DNA of 64,000 bases, from the IMG/VR virus record IMGVR_UViG_3300038974_000325, positions 6,907-70,906 of that record; one strand, given 5' to 3'. Position numbers and translations under genes: made by a program. Positions 56,736-64,000 of the stretch are shown in pieces. The notes below the pieces were generated by a model. The model made no database searches. It was given only the letters and a program-made list of their open reading frames with translations, and was not told the DNA's origin. The number at the start of each line of letters is the position of its first letter. The stretch's first letter is position 1. Source of the stretch: a virus (lineage: Duplodnaviria; Caudoviricetes).

Positions 56736-58266
56736 AAAAATCAATCTCATCTTCGTTCTTCTCTTTTTTGGCTTCGTGCTCTTCTATCGCAAACAACTGT
56801 TCTTGTGTCATATACTTTGATTTCTTGATTTCTTCAACCATGTTTTGGTCGTGCCAATAAATACACAAGTCCCTGTAGTCGCACATGGAGCAATAGTTCT
56901 GATAAGCCTCTGCGGGTTGTGGGTAAGCAGTGTCAACGTTGTTTGCTGCCACTTCTTTTACTTCCATCCCAATGCGTTTCGCAAAGAGGTCGAGGGCTTT
57001 CTGTTCCCTGAATACCAAGTCTCTGAATACATAGAACTCTGGTCTGTCTTTGTAGTCTTGGACTATCCTTGCACAATAATCATCTACAGCCTCTATGCCT
57101 TCAACCGATGAGACTTCAAAACCATCAATAAACGGCTTCACTTTTTCGGCAACAAGAGCTTGGGCTTCCGACTTCAAACGGATGTCTTTGGCTATTTCTT
57201 CACCATCTTCAAAAACAGAATAGGTATTGTTCTTCTTGAGTTCGGCTTCAATGAGCCTGATTTCGTAGTGTTCCTCAGTGAACTTTGCCGTCTTGTCTTT
57301 GATAAACCGCTCATAATCAGGCTTGGTCGTAAAGCCCCATTCCTGTATTCTGTGCTCGTTGTTTACAACGGTGTATTCAAAGGTTTTGCGTCTTACACTG
57401 CTTGGCTTTTTGATAACGGTATAAACAACACCGCCAACATCTACACCAAGTTGTCTCATTGCCCAGACATAGGCTGTAGCTTGGTCGTCAAGTGTGAGGT
57501 GTTCCTTATCTGATTCTCCATAACCTGCCTTCGTCTTGATTTCGTGGATATACTTCTTTCCATCTGAGCAATCAAACACACCGTCTATTCTGCCCTTAAA
57601 GGCATATCTCGTTGACTTTCTGCCAGTTTTATCAGACAAAATCGGGACAGTGAATGACTTTTCTACGTTTTCTTTTGACATGGAGAAACCCCTGCCCTGC
57701 TCTTCTTGGAACACTGTGTTATAGTAGGCGTTGATTGCTCCTTCTGCTATCGCACAGTCAATCCGAACAAGTTCTTTTTGGTCTTGGGTCTCACATCTTT
57801 CGATGATTTCGTATGCTTCTTGTTTCACCCCGTCAACCAGCATCATAACATCCAGCGGAGAGGCTTCATATCCGACTGAGTATAACTGCTCAATCAGCTT
57901 ATGAACCCAACTGCCAATCCGAAGGTATCTGCTTTCTTCTGCGATTGGTTGGAGTCTTTCGCAATATTTTAGGGCGTGTTGAAGCTTGCATCTGCGGTAG
58001 CACTGGATTTCAGAGATTGAAAACCTTCTATGCCACTTGAAAGCATTTTTTGCCACGCTATCTACTAACTCATGGGTCGTGGAAAACGTTTCATCACCAA
58101 ATTCTTCAAGATATTTGTGAAAACGTTTCATCTCCATCTTCCCGACTCTTCCGCTTTCTGCCATTTGATTCAGCAGCCCAGACAATGATAGACTTACATC
58201 ATATCCGCTGTCCTCTACAAATCGCCTAATGGCAGAGTATAACTCGGACATTTGCTTGTAGTGCAT
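56734..58266 (-). CDS. PD-(D/E)XK exonuclease (RecB/AddB/Cas4-like, Fe-S staple)
   Basis: SISEIQCYRRC; GSWVHKLIE; FKGRIDGV...IHEIKT; QATAY; CSMCDYRDLC. Confidence 0.88.
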   Translation of the reverse strand: MHYKQMSELYSAIRRFVEDSGYDVSLSLSGLLNQMAESGRVGKMEMKRFHKYLEEFGDETFSTTHELVDSVAKNAFKWHRRFSISEIQCYRRCKLQHALKYCERLQPIAEESRYLRIGSWVHKLIEQLYSVGYEASPLDVMMLVDGVKQEAYEIIERCETQDQKELVRIDCAIAEGAINAYYNTVFQEEQGRGFSMSKENVEKSFTVPILSDKTGRKSTRYAFKGRIDGVFDCSDGKKYIHEIKTKAGYGESDKEHLTLDDQATAYVWAMRQLGVDVGGVVYTVIKKPSSVRRKTFEYTVVNNEHRIQEWGFTTKPDYERFIKDKTAKFTEEHYEIRLIEAELKKNNTYSVFEDGEEIAKDIRLKSEAQALVAEKVKPFIDGFEVSSVEGIEAVDDYCARIVQDYKDRPEFYVFRDLVFREQKALDLFAKRIGMEVKEVAANNVDTAYPQPAEAYQNYCSMCDYRDLCIYWHDQNMVEEIKKSKYMTQEQLFAIEEHEAKKEKNEDEIDF

Positions 58267-59148
58267 TTACTCTCCTTTTTCTTCTATTTCACATCCAAGC
58301 AGATAGGCAACAGCTTCTTTAGCTTTTCTAACTGCCTCAAATATGATTGTAGGTTTTTCTTCAATCTTTTTTACCCATCCATCAATGTAGCTCGTGGATA
58401 CAGGCAATACATTTTCTATATCAATGCCAGCTTCAGCGCAAAGGAAGCAAGCTCCAATTTCAGCTACAAGTTCTTCTACTCCGTATTCATGTTTCTCTTG
58501 CGCTCCACTGCCTACTGAATATCGGTTCAACCTCTTGGGAATACCTGTAGAATGAATTATCTCGTGATAAGCTGTGGCGTAATAAGCATCTGGGGTTTCA
58601 TAGTGCCCTATCGCAGGCATCTCTATTTTATCCAACATCGGATAATAACAGGCTGACCCACTATTATTATGAACAATCTGCACAAACTGCTTAGCTTTAG
58701 TAATAATTTCCTCTGCCTTCTCAAGCTTAGTATTGGGGTCAAGTAAAATATCCTCTCCATCTGGTTCGTATGATATACCTTCAACATCTGAAAGCGCCCA
58801 GACTCTGTAATACCGATAAAACGATACCTCTTCAATTTCAAGGTTGCCAGTGGTTTTATTTTCTACTTCTTTCTCGATTGTTTTATAGAGGACAACGATA
58901 TACCCAGAAAGCATATCTCCGTTCTCATCGTTCTTTATTCTGCCCTCAAGCTGCTTTATCTGATTCCATGTCAAAAACAGTGGATATTCGGTCTCTGCAA
59001 AGGCAAGCAATAGAGCGTTGATTCCCTGATACTTCCTCTTTGACACGAAGTTCTTGGGTATGCCCCTCTTCCAAGTCTTTCTCCACGGTGGAGTCCCGTT
59101 TTCAAGAGACTCCACTATCCGTTTTACGATTATTTCTCTAACCGTCAT
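58267..59148 (-). CDS. ardC: ArdC-like anti-restriction protein (ssDNA-binding plus zincin-like domain)
   Basis: IVESLENGTPPWRKTW...YQGINALLL...LTWNQIKQL.G; YYATAYHEIIHSTG...EELVAEIGA. Confidence 0.9.
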   Translation of the reverse strand: MTVREIIVKRIVESLENGTPPWRKTWKRGIPKNFVSKRKYQGINALLLAFAETEYPLFLTWNQIKQLEGRIKNDENGDMLSGYIVVLYKTIEKEVENKTTGNLEIEEVSFYRYYRVWALSDVEGISYEPDGEDILLDPNTKLEKAEEIITKAKQFVQIVHNNSGSACYYPMLDKIEMPAIGHYETPDAYYATAYHEIIHSTGIPKRLNRYSVGSGAQEKHEYGVEELVAEIGACFLCAEAGIDIENVLPVSTSYIDGWVKKIEEKPTIIFEAVRKAKEAVAYLLGCEIEEKGE

Positions 59149-59492
59149 AACCGCACATCCTTGCCAAGTATCATATCCTTTTCGATGTCTGCCATTTCAG
59201 CAGCAGCAGGACAGCTAAACTCGTTCCAGTATTTGGCAAGCAAACAATCCCGCTCATCATCTGCGAGCGGGAGAGTCTCGTTCTTTTCTTTGAGCATGGC
59301 TTCAAGCTCTTCAACCTTTTTAATAAGGGAAGCTTGTCTTTCGCCATCGTGGGGGGTGTTAAGGAAAATCGGGTGGTCATTCTGAATGTTTAAGACCATT
59401 TCCTCAAAGCTCTCAATGCTTATTGAGTCCTTGAGATAAGTGTCATCATTCATTAGGGCTTTCAGTGCCTTGATTTCTGCTAACTTTTCCAT
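59145..59492 (-). CDS. Hypothetical early protein
   Basis: First gene after cassette P8. Confidence 0.6.
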   Translation of the reverse strand: MEKLAEIKALKALMNDDTYLKDSISIESFEEMVLNIQNDHPIFLNTPHDGERQASLIKKVEELEAMLKEKNETLPLADDERDCLLAKYWNEFSCPAAAEMADIEKDMILGKDVRL

Positions 59493-59494
59493 TT

Positions 59495-59572
59495 TTAACT
59501 CCTTGTTTTTTTGATTTCCAAGTTATGATTCAATTATGACAGTAGGGCATAGACTGTCAAGGTTTTTTTTTA
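59495..59572 (-). promoter_or_regulatory. Repeated promoter cassette, copy P8
   Basis: TTGACAGTC, 16-nt spacer, CATAAT with extended TG; ACTTGGAA; CAAGGAG. Confidence 0.75.
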
Positions 59573-59974
59573 CTTTTCAATTTGTTCAACTTCCGATTTC
59601 CAGTAATCGTAATACATGGTCATAAGACCGTCAACCATCTTCTGGAAGTGGGGAAGGATATAAGTCTCGATAATGCGTTTTCTCTGCGGGTTCTCTTGAA
59701 GTTCGTAATCCTTGTGACCTCTCCACACCTGCTCAAGCTCCCAGTTCCCATGTATTTCAAACCAGCCACCAGAGCGACCAGTCCAGTGAATACTAATGTC
59801 GTAAGAGGGGTATTTCTTCTGCATATCTGCCTCTATCTCTTTAAGCAAATACTCTATGGTGCTTGAAAGTGATTCAATCCCTGGTGAATAGATTTCCTCG
59901 GTCACCCCGTCTGGGGTTCTTGGGTTTTTGACATCTATTGCGTATTGTCCATAGTGGAAATCAATAGACCTCAT
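59570..59974 (-). CDS. Hypothetical protein
   Basis: 134-aa ORF containing GRSGGW. Confidence 0.6.
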   Translation of the reverse strand: MRSIDFHYGQYAIDVKNPRTPDGVTEEIYSPGIESLSSTIEYLLKEIEADMQKKYPSYDISIHWTGRSGGWFEIHGNWELEQVWRGHKDYELQENPQRKRIIETYILPHFQKMVDGLMTMYYDYWKSEVEQIEK

Positions 59975-60296
59975 ATTCCACCTCTTCTGCCTCTTTGCAG
60001 TTCGGATGAAGGTGGGTTATCCCGAAAGCCTGAATGAACTGCTCTTCATTTTTGAATCCAGTCCCGAAACCTACAAACTTTCCTTCGGAGTGCATCACTT
60101 CATCTACTCTGCCATCCGTATCCTTGTAATAGAGTGAAGTGCTGTCGTCTATTATTCCTCTCTTGCCTGAGAGGTTCTTAACAAGTGCCTCCATCCCGTT
60201 AGTAAGGGATGTGCAGGTTGTTCCAGCAGACTCATCAGTTACGTAAGCCATCCTGAATTGAATGTGTTTGACCTTGAACTTAATCATCTTTTTCAT
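59961..60296 (-). CDS. Hypothetical early protein
   Basis: First gene after cassette P9; TSLTNGME...YYKDTDG.VDE. Confidence 0.6.
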   Translation of the reverse strand: MKKMIKFKVKHIQFRMAYVTDESAGTTCTSLTNGMEALVKNLSGKRGIIDDSTSLYYKDTDGRVDEVMHSEGKFVGFGTGFKNEEQFIQAFGITHLHPNCKEAEEVEYEVY

Positions 60297-60297
60297 T

Positions 60298-60420
60298 TTC
60301 GACTCCTTGTTTTGTTTTTTTTGTGTTCCAAGTTATGAAGCTATAATGACATAGGTATGTGGACTGTCAAGTGTTAATTTTCGGTTTTTTCATGTTTTTT
60401 TTAGCCAAGTTCGTAAAGCT
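60298..60420 (-). promoter_or_regulatory. Repeated promoter cassette, copy P9
   Basis: TTGACAGTC, 16-nt spacer, CATTAT; ACTTGGAACAC; upstream AAAAAAACATGAAAAAA. Confidence 0.75.
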
Positions 60421-60761
60421 ATGTTATTGTGATAGTTATACTTGCAAAATAATTTGTCGTGTTTTCTTCATAAAAAAAGCAGTTTTACGAGGTTTCTCGT
60501 TATTCGTTTTAGGCTCATTTAAGCTTATGTGGACTTTCCAAGCATTCATAAGATAAAAGTAGTAATCATTCGTTTCGTTTACTCCAAATTTCCTAAGTCT
60601 TTTATTGGTAATATGTTGGCATCGCCATTTTTGCTCGGTTTTTGAGGTTTCTTTTTTTCTTCCGCCTATAAATATCTCCTAAAAAGCTTATTTGCTTTCG
60701 TTTTGGATATATCATTTGGCGGTAGTTTTTGGCATCCTCACACGCTCTGTTTTTATTCGCC

Positions 60762-61082
60762 TCATTTCTCGACACAACAAAGGTCTCTAATGAGATTGCA
60801 CACCTCTTCGTAGGCTTTGCTGCATACAACAAACATCGGTTTCGACACGCTTGGTCTATATACTTCGTGCAGTATTTCTGGGGTGCATACTACGAGGACA
60901 TTGCCTCCCAACTTTCTTAGGTGTTCTGCGTCTCCGTCTTTTGCGAAAACAACGCAATTCCTTTCGTTCTCACCAGACTCGCAAACTCTGTCTATTGGGA
61001 AATCATACTTGTTAAAACCAATCACAAACTGAGAGACAACAGCCATCATCTCCATGCTTGAGGTTCTACTTATCTCTTTCAC
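60762..61082 (-). CDS. Hypothetical protein
   Basis: 106-aa ORF overlapping the upstream stop. Confidence 0.5.
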   Translation of the reverse strand: MKEISRTSSMEMMAVVSQFVIGFNKYDFPIDRVCESGENERNCVVFAKDGDAEHLRKLGGNVLVVCTPEILHEVYRPSVSKPMFVVCSKAYEEVCNLIRDLCCVEK

Positions 61083-61269
61083 TTAGTCCACCCAAGCAGA
61101 CTTGGCACACATTCATTGCATTGGCTTTTTTTCTGTAATAAATGCCACACCTCGAACACACCAGCATATCTGAAAGCGGACATTCTTTCGGGATAAGACC
61201 ACACAGTTTTCTAAGAGGACAGTCCAACTTTGGGCACTCTTCACATTTGCTAATTGCTACAACTTTCAT
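61066..61269 (-). CDS. Small Cys-rich protein
   Basis: CEECP...CP...C...CP...CSRC...CQVC. Confidence 0.55.
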   Translation of the reverse strand: MKVVAISKCEECPKLDCPLRKLCGLIPKECPLSDMLVCSRCGIYYRKKANAMNVCQVCLGGLSERDK

Positions 61270-61283
61270 TTCTTGGTTACTCC

Positions 61284-62438
61284 TTAGTATCCTTCTCTTG
61301 TATTTGCTAAACTACAAATCTCTATCCGTGAGTCACAGAAATACCCGCATAATACGTCAACTGATTTTATCGCATATCCAAGTATTTTCTTCGTTGCCAC
61401 TGAAAACAACTCAAACACGTTCCTTACTGAACGGTTCTTGATAGGCAGATAAAACTCCATCAGCTTGGGGTGAACTATCGTTCCACTGTCCGTACTGTAA
61501 GTATCTATGAACTCCTCTCCGTATTCATCTATCGAGGCTAAACAGCTATGGAGATACGAAAACACCTTTCTTATCTTGCTCTTTATCCTGGAGATAATAT
61601 AAAGCACTTTCGATATTACTACTTGGGGCGTAAACTCCCTCATAAGACCTATTATCGCCATGTTTCCTATTCGTGAAAGCTGAGTCCGTTTCGTTATCTG
61701 CCTGTATAGCTTTACGAACTCCATCTCTTCTGGATATATCTCATCAATCTTGGCGAAATCTACATTGAACTGCATAACTCCAGTTATTGCATTTCTCCAG
61801 TAAATGAGGTTGTTCGGCTTGGCAGAGAAACATCTGACTGATACTCCCTTCTCTATGATTTCTCCAGACAAATACCTAACCGCCTGTTTCGGAGTATATC
61901 GTTTGCCATCTATTTCGTAATACAGCCTCCCATGAACTATTCTCTTGGGGGTCTCAATCAAAATCTTGGCATCTATATTCGTGCCAACAAGCAACTTATC
62001 TAAAACCATCGACTCCGCTTTCTTTATTTGAAAGTCTTTAAGCTTAATAGCAGAGAGAGTAGTTTTATCTATATCACATTGCAGTTTTTGGGATTGAAAG
62101 TCTGACTTGCAAATAGAGGGAACAACATCCTTATTGACCAAATACTTTACAAGCCTACCCTTGCCAACCGATACAGGTTTTATTATCCCTGAATTAACTA
62201 AATGCCTCATGTTCTCATTCATGCTTGTATAGGATATTCCAAGAACCTTTGCCATTGACCTTTGCGTTTCAACTTCGCATACACTTGAGACGTGCAACAC
62301 GATTTTCTTCTGGATTTCCGTCAAAGAAAGTTCTTGACATTTATCAGCCCCTAAGCATTCTTGATTTGTAACGTAACTGGGGTGGACGGATTTCATTGTT
62401 CGGACACTCCTTTTTTCATTCCCTGATAAACTCCTCAA
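61284..62438 (-). CDS. HTH-containing putative replication initiator
   Basis: N-terminal wHTH (TQRSMAKVLGISYTSMNENMRHLVNSGII) followed by a low-complexity linker, as in phage initiators. Confidence 0.5.
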   Translation of the reverse strand: MRSLSGNEKRSVRTMKSVHPSYVTNQECLGADKCQELSLTEIQKKIVLHVSSVCEVETQRSMAKVLGISYTSMNENMRHLVNSGIIKPVSVGKGRLVKYLVNKDVVPSICKSDFQSQKLQCDIDKTTLSAIKLKDFQIKKAESMVLDKLLVGTNIDAKILIETPKRIVHGRLYYEIDGKRYTPKQAVRYLSGEIIEKGVSVRCFSAKPNNLIYWRNAITGVMQFNVDFAKIDEIYPEEMEFVKLYRQITKRTQLSRIGNMAIIGLMREFTPQVVISKVLYIISRIKSKIRKVFSYLHSCLASIDEYGEEFIDTYSTDSGTIVHPKLMEFYLPIKNRSVRNVFELFSVATKKILGYAIKSVDVLCGYFCDSRIEICSLANTREGY

Positions 62439-62703
62439 CAGCCTTAGATATTACGAAGTTCTGCTTCATACCATTTTCTTTGCAATATTCCCGCAAGCCT
62501 TCATTAGGGGGCGGTGTCTTTTTGCTTGGATACTTGTTCTTTGCCCACTTTGAATATGGCTTCCAAGAGGAGATTGCCTCAAGCAATGTCTCGTTCAGCC
62601 TAAGCGAGTGAATAGAACAATACTCCTTAAGCTTGGGATACATATCAGTTTGCCTGAAAGCTGTCATGGTTCTGTTATACGACTGCTTCGTTGGCTTTAG
62701 CAT
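62416..62703 (-). CDS. Tandem ribbon-helix-helix-like regulator
   Basis: Two repeats: LKEYCSIHSLRLNETLLEAI and LREYCKENGMKQNFVISKAVEEFI. Confidence 0.55.
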   Translation of the reverse strand: MLKPTKQSYNRTMTAFRQTDMYPKLKEYCSIHSLRLNETLLEAISSWKPYSKWAKNKYPSKKTPPPNEGLREYCKENGMKQNFVISKAVEEFIRE

Positions 62704-62729
62704 ATTTCTACTCCTTTTTTTATTATAGA

Positions 62730-62765
62730 TAATGCTAAGATATAACCCACGTTGTTTTTGTCAAG
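62730..62765 (-). promoter_or_regulatory. Putative promoter of the regulator/initiator operon
   Basis: TTGACA-16 nt-TATCTT upstream of SD AAGGAG. Confidence 0.55.
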
Positions 62766-62773
62766 GTTTTTTT

Positions 62774-63280
62774 TTACTCTTTCAGCATACGCTTCAGTTT
62801 TTTGAGGACTAAAACACATCGCTGACTTTCTCCACCTATATTGTGTCCCACGTGGGAAAGGAAAAACGGCTCAAACACAATTACTGGAACTTTAGCCTTC
62901 CGCATAACAAACCTGCTTACATGATTACACTCAGAGCATGAAAGAACCTCAGTATTGAGATTATACGATAAACAAACCTCTTGAAGTAATGAAGCATAGG
63001 CATAACTCTCATAGTCTGCATCATTGTAAACTATAACGCTTCTGTTCATCGCAGTATTATAGGATAGTGGAAAGTGCATAATGATACCGAGTTTTGCCTT
63101 CGTGGTCTCGTTTAATGCACCAACAATATCGTATCTCGATTGACACGTGTCTTTGTTATAGGATATTCTTGCACACGTTCCAACATCTGCTATAATTTTC
63201 ATCGCTACACTGTGTTCGCTAACGTCACCAAGAACGTTACCAACCTCGTATTCCGTATGACCAGAAAATATCGCAATCAT
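62774..63280 (-). CDS. Divergent N-acetylmuramoyl-L-alanine amidase (Amidase_3)
   Basis: IAIFSGH...SEH...IIMHF...PVIVFEPFFLSH, the His/Glu/His/Glu order of Amidase_3. Confidence 0.65.
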   Translation of the reverse strand: MIAIFSGHTEYEVGNVLGDVSEHSVAMKIIADVGTCARISYNKDTCQSRYDIVGALNETTKAKLGIIMHFPLSYNTAMNRSVIVYNDADYESYAYASLLQEVCLSYNLNTEVLSCSECNHVSRFVMRKAKVPVIVFEPFFLSHVGHNIGGESQRCVLVLKKLKRMLKE

Positions 63281-63288
63281 GTCATTTT

Positions 63289-63933
63289 TTAGCTATAAGC
63301 TCCACCAACAAGACACCAATCCGAATTGCCATCATTTATCAACCTCACATAGTCTTTCACCGTAGTAAGCGTAATTGTCCTCTGTCCGTCAACAGTATTG
63401 GTGGACTGTCCTACAATTTTTACAGTTTTTTCTCCCTTGTGGTATCTGATGATAAACTCACGTCCCATAGACTGTGCAATTACAGGCATTGTAATGATTA
63501 CATCATTGTTAGTGCAATCAACAAGAATTAACTTATCCAATATAGGGTCTATGTCATAATCATCATAAGGGGTGGCAATTCTTTGAACACTATCAACTGG
63601 AAGGTGCCGCCACCCGCCAGTATTACAGTAGAAAGAAATAACATCCTTATCATATGATATTTGAAAATGTCCTCCTGAAGGAGAACTTGGTAAGTTAGCC
63701 CAAGGCAAACAACTACGTTTAAGGAGTTTACCTTCGTTAACGAGTGGGCTCCACTGATAAACAGAACCGTCCCAGAAGGACACAAACGCAATCTTCTCTT
63801 GGAGAGCACAAGCTATAATTCCTTCAGAAATTGGTGTCTCAGACATTAAATCGTGTACTGTGGGGAAAACCTTTGTAATTCCAAGATACTGCCAAACTCC
63901 ATCCTTGCCCCCATATCCTAAACCGTAAGCCAT
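63289..63933 (-). CDS. Virion/tail-fibre-associated protein
   Basis: C-terminal DCTNNDVIITMP...GREFIIR...TVDG..TITL...VRLINDG..W beta-sandwich seen in phage tail/fibre proteins. Confidence 0.55.
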   Translation of the reverse strand: MAYGLGYGGKDGVWQYLGITKVFPTVHDLMSETPISEGIIACALQEKIAFVSFWDGSVYQWSPLVNEGKLLKRSCLPWANLPSSPSGGHFQISYDKDVISFYCNTGGWRHLPVDSVQRIATPYDDYDIDPILDKLILVDCTNNDVIITMPVIAQSMGREFIIRYHKGEKTVKIVGQSTNTVDGQRTITLTTVKDYVRLINDGNSDWCLVGGAYS

Positions 63934-64000
63934 GCGTTTTTCTTCTGCGAGCCATGCAAGTTTTCCTAACTCATCAGACTCTTCTGCAAGGTCAGAAAAA

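Noticed and set aside
56734-58266. Cas4-like nuclease as part of a CRISPR system
   Set aside because: No repeat-spacer array or other cas genes are present; the context next to Sak4 and SSB indicates a phage recombination exonuclease.
22205-60420. Repeated intergenic sequences as a CRISPR array or att sites
   Set aside because: The copies are dispersed, degenerate and each contains -35/-10/SD elements; there is no regular spacer structure and no integrase in the window.
31-64000. The many plus-strand ORFs in the six-frame track
   Set aside because: They are antisense shadows of motif-bearing minus-strand genes, with no SD sequences or recognisable domains.
63289-64000. Diversity-generating retroelement targeting a tail fibre
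   Set aside because: No reverse transcriptase or template/variable repeat pair is visible in the window.

Overview
The window is a large part of a tailed, contractile-tail (myovirus-type) bacteriophage genome, with every credible gene on the minus strand. Read in the direction of transcription (64000 toward 1) it contains: the end of a tail-fibre-like module and an Amidase_3; a tandem-RHH regulator and replication/recombination genes (initiator-like proteins, ArdC, Cas4/RecB-like nuclease, Sak4, DUF669 SSB, DnaC-like loader, UvrD); a 1410-aa N6-adenine methyltransferase-SNF2 helicase fusion with an intein; a compact operon of MgsA_C-like, CxxCxxCC, PIG-L deacetylase, GT-B glycosyltransferase, WbqC-like and ParB-like genes; TerS and an intein-containing TerL; an Amidase_2 endolysin; a ~14 kb accessory block driven by a repeated promoter cassette, including an SPPY (m4C-type) methyltransferase and a beta sliding clamp; then portal, head, neck, a holin/spanin-like cassette and a contractile tail/baseplate module with a -1 frameshifting chaperone. 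The best candidate for an undescribed system is the ParB-WbqC-glycosyltransferase-PIG-L-CxxCxxCC-MgsA_C operon, inferred to be a sugar-based DNA hypermodification pathway inside a layered anti-restriction strategy. By manual scan GATC is absent everywhere except inside the m4C methyltransferase gene. I found no CRISPR array, tRNA, integrase, reverse transcriptase or DNA polymerase. All family assignments come from motif recognition by eye, not from database searches.
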